From NCBI GenBank assembly GCA_910592345.1, contig CAJVPI010000317.1, positions 1 to 35,612 on the forward strand: a stretch of 35,612 bases of DNA, given 5' to 3'. The position numbers and the translations under genes were made by a program. Source of the stretch: Paraglomus brasilianum. Lineage: Eukaryota. Below the pieces are notes generated by a model, which was given only the letters and a program-made list of their open reading frames with translations, did no database searches and had not been told where the DNA came from. Below, piece by piece: positions 13,954 through 24,730 of this stretch. The stretch's first letter is position 1. Each line of letters begins with the position of its first letter.

Positions 13954-16408
13954 TTATTTCTTTTTCTCATCACTTCCAGGTATAACTCCGTCTGCGGGAG
14001 GTTCATACGCAGGAGGAGCATCATCAGGAGGTCCAAGATAGAAACCACCCACAAATGACGGCGGATGTTGTTGTTGCTGTTGTTGTTGTTGTTGCTGTTG
14101 CTGCTGTGGCGACGGGGGAGGAGGAGGGTGACCTTGATTGAAGCTAGGTTGTCCCTGAAAACCATATTGAGGACGACCGGGTTGACCATAATATCCCTGT
14201 GGCTGATAAAATGGTTGTTGGGGTTGGAAACCTTGCTGACCGTAAAATGGTTGCCCCTGCGGGTCATACATGTTTTGCTGGAAATGTCCACCAGGAGGAA
14301 GGTGCGGATTTGCTGGTGAAAGTGGAGGCGGCAATGACTCGGAAACTGGTGGAGAAGATATCGATGCTGGAGGACTAGTTACAGATGCAGCAGTGGCAGA
14401 GCGTGCAGGCGCTGCTCCTGGCACTGCCGTTGAATTAGCTGCTTCTGATGCTGGACTTGCAGGTGCGGGAGCGGGTGCAGCAATCTTTAATCCAGCAAGT
14501 TGTGACTTGATACCGGAAATGTCATCTTCCAGTTTGTTAATTTTCTCTTCCTTTTGACTTAGCGTTGATGATTTTGATTGCAGTGTCTCCTCTAGATCTT
14601 TGACAACTTGAGACAGTTTGCCTTTTTCTGTTGCAACAACATTCATATCATTCTGGAGTTTAGTAATAACGTTGTCTCGTTCTCGTAATTGTACCTCATA
14701 CTCGTGTTTTTGTGTCAACAATGTCTGGTATTCGCGTAGCTGGACTTCATTCTTTTGTTTTTCAGTGGCCAAAACACCCCGGATTTCCACCAAGTCTTGC
14801 TCGCTCTTTTTCTGATGTTCAAGTAACTTGGTGGTCAAATCGCTAACCTGCTTTTCATATGCTTCTCTTTGAGAACTCAACGCAGTAGCCATGTCATCCA
14901 ATTGAGCTTTATATCCCTGTTGTTGATTTTCTAGCTCTAATGTAAGTTCTTCAATTTTTGCAGAGGAAGATTGTGTAAGTTCGTCAATCTTTGCAGAGGA
15001 AGATTGTGCGAGTTCATCGTATTTGGTCGTCTGTTCAAGGATTTGCTTTTCGTAAGCTTCGCGTTGAGAAGCCATCTCTGCATTAAGTTTAGTCAATTTC
15101 GCTTCATATTCCTCCTTTTGAGCGGCTAATAGTGTTGGTGCCGTATTCGTCAACGTTGGCAAAAGAGGTCCAATATCCGTGCTAGGTGGCTGCCAACTAT
15201 GTAGTTGGATTTGACAGTCTTTAACTATCTGTGAAGTAACCTTATCGCCTACAAATATATTGACGGCGGGAAGGAGTCAAAGAATTAAGATCAGCATGGT
15301 GAGTGTTTAAGTAATACAGGAAAGAGACAGTCCAGTAATAACACTGTAGAGATATCCAACATCAAATAAACCATGTCTATTAAATTATCATTTTGAACTC
15401 ACCAGCATACTTTGGTCTTGTTGAACCAGCAGGAACAGGATTATCGTCAAGTTGACCAATGATATAACCCCCAAAGCCAGCAATTATGGCCATACGCTCA
15501 GATGTTTCAAATGTGGCATCAAGCAACAGAGTAAACGCCTCTTTCAGCTTGCGTCTTTCAAGATTGCCAACTTCCAATTCCGTAGGTGCGCTTTCACGAT
15601 TTACTTGCTCCAATTCGAGTTCCAATTCCCGAATACGTGGCGATCTTGGATGTGTTTTCATAGTCTTTGACATTTCATCATTGATTTTGCGTCGCTTCTC
15701 CTTCGTACCAAGAAGGCGTTGCTCAGCTTCGCGAATTTCTTTGAGTAAGTTTCTGTATTTTTCATATTTTTCTGTCGATTTAATCAATTGTTCCCAAATT
15801 TTTGGTCAGTTGATATTGATTGCTATGACCGAGTCTACAATGACAATATAAAAGCGAGTATCAAATGACAGCATGTTCGCTCATACAATAACTCACCAGC
15901 CATCACCGTTTCAACATCTGACATCTTTGACATTAGACTTGACATTTTCTCTGTGATATCCTACAGTTCACGAGAAATAATCGTAAGGTAATACGTCCAT
16001 AGAGCTAACAGAAACGCAAAACACGTACGGCAACATCTTCCAAGTTTTCTTTTCCCCAATTGTACAAAAACGTGCTTGCTGTATGTATGAATAGAAAATG
16101 ATCTCATCAATATTATATAGATAACTATGCGGGTAATTATTAGGTTGCTGACGATAATAGCTACTCGTATATATTGGTATCTATACAACTTTTCAATACT
16201 TGCCTTGTTTCCTCTCTTGCGCAATGTTCTGTAAGCTGGAAAGAATGTTTCTTTCTTCCTTGAGCAATAAAGCCACATTCTTGAGATCCTCAGGCAAGCG
16301 AGGGTCAACCTTGACCAGGTTACGGCGCACATCGTGACCTAAACTGTCAAGATTAAATGTTTTCCCGAACCCTAAACGCGTTGAGGTTCTTCCGTCGTTT
16401 GAAGTCAT
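13954..16408 (-). CDS. Eisosome Pil1/Lsp1-like BAR-domain protein with coiled-coil and P/Q/G/Y-rich C-terminal extension; about 660 aa; exons 16408-16204, 16078-16029, 15960-15897, 15771-15403, 15248-13954
   Basis: LLKEERNIL...ERKQASTFLYNWGKE..EDVADITEKM...YRNLLKEIREAE...KINDEMSK...SPRIRELELELEQ...LERRKLKEAF...ERMAIIAGFG...LDDNPVPAGSTRPKY follows the Pil1/Lsp1 pattern. Exons sum to 1983 nt (661 codons). The first intron is GC-AG. Confidence 0.8.
14068..14106 (-). repeat. CAA/CAG repeat encoding Q13
   Basis: 13 consecutive Gln codons in the last exon of the Pil1-like gene. Confidence 0.95.
14941..15018 (-). repeat. 33-bp coding tandem repeat, about 2.4 copies (DELAQSSSAKI-DELTQSSSAKI-EELT)
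   Basis: Units 14941-14973 and 14974-15006 differ at 2 nt; a partial third unit follows. Confidence 0.9.
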
Positions 16409-17426
16409 GTCTAGTTGATCGAATGCTGGCGGGCAAATGTCGCAGTCGAATATTAAAAATATACGTTATCAATCTTTTGTATCACGGCTGCGACACAATG
16501 AGAATTTGTTATTGTGGCGTACGCAGTAATACAGCCACGGGAATCATCAAATGGGGATTCTGCCACTCTGCAAATGATAATAATAACCATTTATGGTATC
16601 GTAATCTAATATAAACATGGAAATATTTATAGCTTAATTTAGTGTCATTTGAACCGGAGAAGGGTCGTTAATTATTGTCATGCTACCTGTAAAGTTTTGG
16701 CTCAGTAAATTACTTGTTCAACTCACTCAAAAAATAGCATTAATTGTAACTATAACTTTGCTCTGGCACATTCAGTAAGACCGAGTTCTACGCATTTCTC
16801 TTCATACTCATATTTATATCAATCTTTGCTTATCAGTATTATTACCATATTATTTCATCAGTTCTCAGTCGTTAATAAAGAGCTAACATTAATGGTAGCC
16901 CGCACTATTGGATTGTATATCAATAGTGATATCCTTTCTTCCATTTATAACACGCCCAGATAGTGCGAGTTGGGTCCATTAAAAAACAGGGTATGGTGCA
17001 ATCAGCAACAAATCGTCTTCTTCTTACTCGAACTCGTAGTGGGAGGATTTGAATTCTCTAGGTTGGAAATAGACATTGTTAAATATTGTTGGCTAGTGTC
17101 AGATTTTACCCATAGTGATTCACTGTAAATAGCAAGCGGCTAACCTGTAAGCGCGCTAACTGACCGACGATACTTAATTGCCTGGATCAAGCATAAGCTA
17201 ACTCAAAGCTACCGTATATTTGCTCTTCCGTATATAGCAGCACGGCAATATAATTTGCGTTTCGCAGCAAGTTAGGAATACTTTGTAATAGTAAAGACAA
17301 TAAACCTATTATTATACTTGCAATGTTCAAATTATCTTGCTTAGCAGGACCAAAACTAGTAGTCTATGACTTTGTTTATGCTTAGACAAAAAACCCAAGG
17401 CCAAAAGCAAAGGTTTAATTATCTGC

Positions 17427-17839
17427 GTGAAGCAAGACAAATATGGAGCATTTAATACTGTAGCAGCGTTTATGTTCATTTTGCTGACCTTCTTGCGGGT
17501 TAATCAGATTATTTATACTGATACATCTAAATACTGTATTAAGCAAGTGGACAATGAGGGAACAAATGCCTTGTATAAATCCTGTTTATGCGTATTTAAT
17601 GTTGATTGAATTATTGCTGTCTTGACAAAAACGGCGATGTACCGAATATTGATGTCATAACGGAAAGCCTGATAGGTTATGGAACTGCAAAAGCGGAGCG
17701 AATACTAAAATTATATCACAAAGGTTGGGCTGCATTGAGCCATTGTAGCGTTAATTTTGATCAAACGAATATTGTCATTCTGCTCGAACGGTTTGCTATT
17801 CTCAACATACCAACTATGACAGACCACCCTAATTGCTGA
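17427..17839 (+). pseudogene. Degenerate ankyrin-repeat gene relic
   Basis: Ankyrin-like fragments in shifting frames with stops: KQDKYG..., QVDNEGTNALYKSC...IELLL, SGANTKII, KGWAALSHC...NIVILLE. Confidence 0.4.
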
Positions 17840-18070
17840 AAATCTCAAGCAACATTGCATTTATTTGTTGCATTACAAAGCAATTTGATTACAATACAGA
17901 ATACATCTGCCTTTCGGCTACATTTACTTATATTTAACATAAAAATTATTTTACAAAAAATGTCCCATTTCCTCCATTCCATTGTTATTCCGAAATACAT
18001 TCCGAACAGCCGCAGCATAAAGGTTCAAATGTCGGAAAACAAAAGTGTCCATCAAAAAATAATCATAGAA

Positions 18071-18235
18071 TCATCCCTGGAATTCCCATGCGAGCGCTTT
18101 CAGAGTAAATCGCCGATATTTTGCATGTATATCGTTTTTCGTCAGATAGTCGATACTGACTGGCCGAGCTTGAATAGAAGTCACAAACATTATGGTGTAG
18201 ATTACGATGGCAATAACGGCGGCTCTGGCATACAT
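18071..18235 (-). CDS. Putative small secreted peptide precursor, 54 aa: MYARAAVIAIVIYTIMFVTSIQARPVSIDYLTKNDIHAKYRRFTLKALAWEFQG
   Basis: Below the length of the supplied ORFs. Has an n-region Arg, a hydrophobic h-region, an IQA|RP cleavage-like site and an RR dibasic site. ATG has A at -3; TATAAA lies at 18288-18283 on the minus strand. Confidence 0.55.
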   Translation of the reverse strand: MYARAAVIAIVIYTIMFVTSIQARPVSIDYLTKNDIHAKYRRFTLKALAWEFQG

Positions 18236-18712
18236 CTTGTTTAGGCGAGATTTTTGGTTTTTACTGAAAGCTGGTGGATTTGTTTATAATCCAGTTGACA
18301 TGAGCTGATGGAGAGCGTGAACAGCCGTTGAAAGAATTAATGAATATTGGAACTCCGGAGATTCATGGGAATTCGACGCCCACATCCAAGTCTATTTATA
18401 TCATTGGGAAACAAAGTTCAGATTGGTATAACAAAGCTAAAAATAAACATTTAGTTCGATGTATGTACTACTCGATAACACTTATCACCGAATATCAAGT
18501 TACGTTGTTAGTAAACAAATTGTGTATATGACAGCTACCCATTTGGAATTCCCGTTCACATGCGAGCACTCATTTGTAAAACATGTTATCCGTGTAATTT
18601 TAGCTTAGTAATTGTAACGTTGATTGGAGAGTTGGACTGCAACTACTTTTTTTTGCAAAAGATAAAGATAAACTATTCTCTATTGGGGTGGGGTGATTTC
18701 GAACAATGGGAT

Positions 18713-18880
18713 ATGCGGGAGATGGAAAGCAAAAGTGCAGAGGGCGAGACTCGTATCAAACAAATAAACAAATGCGGAAGATAGAAAGATGGCGAGATTT
18801 GTATCAAACAAATAAACAAATGCGGGGGAGATGGAAAGCGTCAACAAAAGTGCAGATGGCGAGCTGTCGTTTCAAATAAG
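18713..18880. repeat. Degenerate tandem repeat, about 3 units of 47-65 bp
   Basis: Recurring blocks: tgcgg(g)agatggaaag, caaaagtgcaga, ggcgag, gtatcaaacaaataaacaaa. Confidence 0.8.
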
Positions 18881-20859
18881 CTATTAAACAACGACAGACA
18901 CATCACAATCACAATAACAATAGCAATCACAATAACCTATTGGGGACAAACCCACTGTATGCAAGTTTTTAAAAATATCCTAGTGTAGCATTCTGATTGT
19001 GAATGTCAAAGATAAATAGAACGTGCGCAGATGACGTACATATATAGATAGATTATTGTACAAAGTGTACAAATGGGCAATCAAAATAATCAACAATCGA
19101 ACATCAAATGTAGAACCACAAGGCAACAAAGAATTCTAGCAACTGATACTAATACACAACAACACAACGTTGTCAAACTTCCCGCTTTGTGTTCAGGCAA
19201 CCTGTTTGTTTTATCGTACCCGATCGATATCTCCTTTACATGATTATACGTCTTATTTATAATCATTGTAATCCATTCAGACGGATAAGTTGTAATGTGT
19301 TCTAGGCTAAAGATATTTCCGATAAATGATTTAAATGTACAAGTCGCTATATCAGGTGATATCCGCAGGAACGTTTATCAAACTTTTGTGGAACCCGTGC
19401 AGAGATAAGAAAAATTTGATGGTGGGACATTGGCTATCCCTACGTAATGAGAATAACTTTGAAAGATAAGGAAAGAGATAGCTATAACAGTTCAGTATTT
19501 ACAGTTCAGTGTGTGAATATGTAGACAAAGGGAGGGAGTATGTATACTAATAAGTACATTACTTTGTCTTGTACTACCTGCATGTTGACGTTTGGGTAAC
19601 TATATTACAGCCGATGATGCTCTAAGTAGGGATACTGTATGCTTGCATGTAGTGTAGCTGTATGAGGTATGTTCTATTATTATATCACAATATATCCATA
19701 AACACATTAACCGTTGTATCTGGACAGTTTGTGAATGGAGATTTCTTTCCCTGCCCCTTATTCGAATGAACGGCGCGCTAGATACAATGCATTGATACAA
19801 TGCATAGACACAACTTTTAGGAGTTTGACACCTGCATGTGATTTTATCGTTGCAATCAGATACGCCAAGCTACACACGATTTTGCATCTTTTTCACTTCC
19901 GAGACCCTTTCCATTTTCTGTTAAACTTAATATCATTTCTGTTATCATATAAAGCTACACGATATGCTTGCTGTACATGCAGGATGACTTGTTTCTTTAT
20001 CCCAATAAAGTTTGGCGTAGAAATCTCTGTTCAGTGGTATCAGTTTCTATCGTACTTATTGTTAATAGATGAAATCGTAGCATGACAAATATTGTAGGGG
20101 TTTGTATAATAAAGAGGCCAAATAATGCTAAGTTTTCCAGGCAACAAAAATCCCGTTGCATCCGCAGAGACTATTTGTTGTCATTCGTGTAATTATATTT
20201 ACGCCATTTTCAGGGTTTGATTGTCAACAAGTGTGTTTTGTGAGTTACTAGAATATATTAATATGATATGTTACACACATATTTTTTATATTCATGTGAT
20301 AATTAAATACTGTCACTTTATCGAGCTGCAGCCATATAACAATAATATGATAATAAGAATCAAACTGTTGTCATTTGCATAGGCAGAAGAAATTTTGAAA
20401 TTTCGTGCCGACTTACAGATTATCGAAAATTTTATTTATTTAACTGATACACATCAGTTGGCGATAATTTTGATATACCTAAAAGTGAGTGCGTTATTTA
20501 AAATGCAACTAGTTTATTTAAAAATAACACAGCGCCCAAATTCATAGGACAATTTAATATTGACATTCGATACAATTAACAATACAAAAAAACTACTGTT
20601 ACGGCTCCGTATTAACGTATATTGCACATCAACTTTAACGTACTAACCATGGGACACGTTGTTAAGGTAGAAATTTGATTGCTTAAATGCTGATAAGTGC
20701 TTCGATAAGAATAACCATTATGTTTAATTGGAATGTTTAAATAAACTCGTATAAGTTATAAATAAACCGCAAATACAAGTTTATTCCAAATTGTGTTTAT
20801 AAGACAAATAGGCAAAGCTAATAATGTCAATTGACTCCATTTACAGCAATCTCGTCTAC

Positions 20860-22420
20860 TCTATTCCCGAACTTGATCTGGTAAAGGGGGAAACTGTTGG
20901 GAACAACAAAAATTGTAGCTGTTTCTCAGATTAGGCAAATCACCAATAAGCAAAAGCGTGCGTGCGTGCTAGAATATTTACTCTCCTTCTCAAGCGTGAT
21001 AAGGGTCTACATAACTATGTCCAAATGTGGTCGTCGGAATTGTGCTACTTTAGCTTTTCATTAAAGTGGTCAATGTATGAATGCACTTGGACTTTTTTCA
21101 GGATCAGCATCACAACACCGCACCGTTGAGCAAGTGTTCGGTGTTGGATCAGGCATCTCGGTGGTCGCAGTCCACCCAAAATATCGTATGCTAAACCCCT
21201 ATCGAATTGCCTATCTCGAAAAGGTGGTTTACCAGTGACAACCAAATACATGATACTGCTAAAAGACTATATATTTGATTTCTGAGTAAATTTGCGAGTA
21301 TGAAAGACTTCCGGTGGTGCAATAAAGGGTAAAACACCTTGAATCGTTGATATTGATTTCGACTCACGTGAATTCTACCAAGATCGCACACGGCTTAATT
21401 AAAAATCCTTTTCAATTTCAGATTTATTGCTATGAACATAAAGATAACAATGCACAATCCTGTGCTATGAGTGACAAACGCAGATAATGTGCAATATCCC
21501 TCAAACACTTCCATTTCATCCTCCATGTCAACTTGTTTATGTTTTGATCCAAATAAGACAGATTACCATTATTAGCATATTTAGGTACTCTTCTCTTTTG
21601 TTTCTGGGTCTTGTGTCATTACATAAATCTTAAGGAAAATAAAGGAAGGACACTTGGCATAATTTTTGAACTATTAAACAAAATACATACAAAGTTGGAT
21701 TAAATATCATTTTAATTAATATTATCAATGATTGCTTTATCTCGGAAATAAATAATTCTAGCATCTGATCAAAACATTTGAAACGTTTGAGGACAACTAT
21801 TTCTGGTTTATCAAAAGTTACTTCACAGACTTTATATTGGCAGTATAGATTGTTCCATAACCACCAGATCCAATCTTCCTAATTTTATCAAAGTCAGTAC
21901 TAAATCAATAATTATCCAATAAACATGATGCATAACTAATAGTTTACCTTATCATAATATCAGATATGAATCATCTGCCTCATCCGTTATTTCAAGCAGA
22001 GTTGCATTATCAGACCATATAAGCGTACACTATATATATTCCCCATCATCAATACAATCAAATGGAATTCATTCCAAATAGGCATCATTTGCCGAGTTTG
22101 TTTGTATTTGAGATTTCTGAATAAGCCCGTCGAGTTGCTTATGTTACTGGCCCCATTCATCGGATAATTATTTATTATTATGTCCAGATGCACCACACGG
22201 GACTACATCGATCGAAGTATTTTACATGCAGTGAAAGAGTTTATTCGAGCAACAATATGTAATATGCTCGATAAACCTAAATATGAGTTCGTTGCGTGTA
22301 AGGAAGATTGGATCAAGTTGTCCATTACTTGACTTGATGTTTGAATGTTATTAACTAATAATAGTTTTGAATGAATGAAAAAAGGGGTTTCAAGTAGGCA
22401 GTGTTACATCGCATCGTAAA
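20860..22420 (-). pseudogene. Unprocessed pseudogene of the TKL-type kinase at 27044-29491
   Basis: Collinear nucleotide similarity to the 26.9-29.5 kb gene (IGSGGYGTI, VVLKRFKCFDQM, DQNINKLTWRMKWKCLRDIAHYL, TGKPPFRDRQFD) with frameshifts, stops and large internal deletions; intron sequence is retained. Confidence 0.9.
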
Positions 22421-23129
22421 CGCTTGTGACGTAAGCGTTTTTGTTACACAAAGAAATGCGGACGCGGCTAATTTAAAAAGTTCGACGCGAAAATCCAATG
22501 GGTGAAATAATATTGCCCATAAGTTGATGTTATTATTCTAAGACAATCAGTTAAAGCGTTGTACAACTGTTATGACCATATTTGCCTCATTTATTACTAA
22601 CTTTTTTACTGACGGTCTGTTTACCATTTGTCTTAATAAACGCGCGAAGTTAAACAACCAAATTACACAAGCCCAATCATTCAACGTAGAAGATCAACAA
22701 TTTGTTATAATCTTGCAAAGTTGAAGAACAACGAAAGTACGTCCACAAAAAGCGCTCCGGCTATCCCAAAAAGATTATATCAGAATGTTCAAAAGCTCAC
22801 AGTCAATATGTTAGACGAAATTTGGCAATGTTGCAAGAACATTGGCCGATAAACTGTTGCTAAAGGGTATAAATGTTCCTTATGTAACAGCTTTGCGGTA
22901 TTTAGCTTATTTTGGGGTAATCGTTCGTTCTATGAAAACAAGTCTAAAAAAATCAAAAAACACGTCAAATTGAAAGACTAAAAATCCCAACCATCCATAT
23001 ACCTTTTTCTCTCAGGTAAGTTTTCTTTGTAAAACCATTTTATTTTGTAAAGAGTAAACCTTCTACATTCGCGCTACTTTGATTGTATTTAAAAAAAGGT
23101 AACAGTAAAAAACGAATTTCTTAACACGG

Positions 23130-24730
23130 GAGTGAGTGAACGAATCATGTTTAAAGGACGTACGGGGTTACCCAAAGAACTATACTTTAATGAATAAGGT
23201 CAAACGGGAACATGTCAAACTATCCATAAATGAGTGAGTCTGTACGATGTTTAAAGGACGTACGAGGTCCCAATCGGATGGAGATGTTTTTGTTTTCAGC
23301 TGTAAAAAAAGGGAGTTGTTGTGAATAAGTAAATATTATGTATATAAAGTTCTATGCATGCAACACTTCGACGTAGTAACTGGACTAGAAATAATGAAAA
23401 ATATTTATCTACAAGCGTTTTGATCTATTGTCCATTACTTCACTCTTCTTGTTTATCCAACCTTTTCGTAATGGCTAAAGGCCTTTACCCTCATACTAGT
23501 CATTTATGTTAGGTCTCCGGTTGTCGCCACGTCTCTTCGGTAAGAAAGGTTAAAACGCTTTATCAGTAGTTAAGAGGAGAGGCATGTGCTTGATTATTTG
23601 AGTTACCGAGTAAAGCAAAAAATATTCCGAGTATAGAGCGGAGCGAGATTATAGAAATCGAGGCGGTGACACCTTGTGCATTATAATTCCTAGTAGTATA
23701 AATAGATATGATAATAATTTTTTGTGTTATTTTATGACCAAAGATGAGAAGATATCTGAAAAGACGTCGAATATCCGAATAAGTATTAACGTACGTATAA
23801 TACAATGCTACCAAACTTCTTTTATCGCAGTATCATTATACTCGGTGTGGTACACATTAATAATGAAGAAGCATGCGTAAAGGGGCGAGATGTTTGTTCT
23901 TGTGCAAACTCTCTCGTCTGCTATGTGGTCGATAAATCGTGTTGTCGTTTCAAAGACTTGTTTGAAAGTTGTAGTAAAGTGTCGTATGTGCGTCAAGAAG
24001 CTTACTTTAATATCGGCCCGTTCGGTACTAATAATAACAAAGAGAACGGATGAGCAACCATATCATCATAGTCAAGGACCACTGAAGAACGTTCACAACA
24101 GGCGCGTCAACCGAAGTCAGGGCCGGGTTTCTGACGGGTAAACGTTGCATGCTGTGGCCACGATGCGCTTTCAATTCAGTGATCCATGTATCCTATTCAC
24201 CACAAGCCCGAGCGTGACAAGCTACAGTCGGCGTTTCGGAACGGATTACGAACGTTCACAACAAGTAGATTATTTGGATTAATCAGGCCCCCGAACACAA
24301 AGTATTTTTGAGTGTATCCTATTCACCACAAAGCCGAAATAAACATAGCTTTTTTTTCGGTAACGGAGTTTAACCACACACTATGCTGCGTTTAAACGTC
24401 CGATTTACACCTAGTGGCAGCGTACCTTCAGATACACATACTAAGTTATAACCCGAAAGATAAATAATCTACAAGTGTGGCCCGATGCGCTTTCAAATAA
24501 TCCGATTTTTACACCTAGTGGCAGCGTCCTTAGGATACAAACCCTCAACAGATACCCAGTAAGAATTCTTACCTCGTGTTTAAACTGTCTACGGAACTCG
24601 TCTTTTAAACGCGTCGGTGACCGTCGTATGTGTGCAAATGGAGAATAGCGTTCGTTTGGATATCGGTTTTACGTGGTTGATAAACCGTGTCGTTTCAAAG
24701 ACTTTTTCGTGAGTTGTAGGACTGACATAT
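23130..24730. repeat. Cluster of dispersed short direct repeats in a CpG-rich decayed segment
   Basis: Pairs: gagtgagt...atgtttaaaggacgtacg (about 23130 and 23232); gaacgttcacaaca (24087, 24250); gtggcc(a)cgatgcgctttcaa (24154, 24477); gtatcctattcaccacaa (24188, 24314); ccgattt..acacctagtggcagcgt (24400, 24501); gataaa..gtcgtttcaaagactt (about 23930 and 24680). Confidence 0.75.

Noticed and set aside
13917..16332. Alternative-frame and antisense ORFs over the Pil1-like gene (poly-L, poly-N)
   Set aside because: By-products of the CAA/CAG repeat and codon bias of the real gene.
16988..17066. tRNA-like or SINE-like A-box (TGGTGCAATCAG) and B-box-like GGATTTGAATTCTC
   Set aside because: No convincing acceptor or anticodon stems, and the T-loop lacks TTC and the canonical size.
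17951..18073. Selenocysteine or readthrough at the TGA of the small ORF (the frame stays open 39 more codons)
   Set aside because: No SECIS-like hairpin or redox motif recognised, and an open stretch of this length can arise by chance.
17855..18244. 129-aa plus-strand ORF
   Set aside because: Non-ATG start and no motif; better explained as antisense to the minus-strand signal-peptide ORF.
24087..24527. Possible CRISPR-like array
   Set aside because: Several different repeats, each in two copies and irregularly spaced, in a eukaryotic context with no cas genes.
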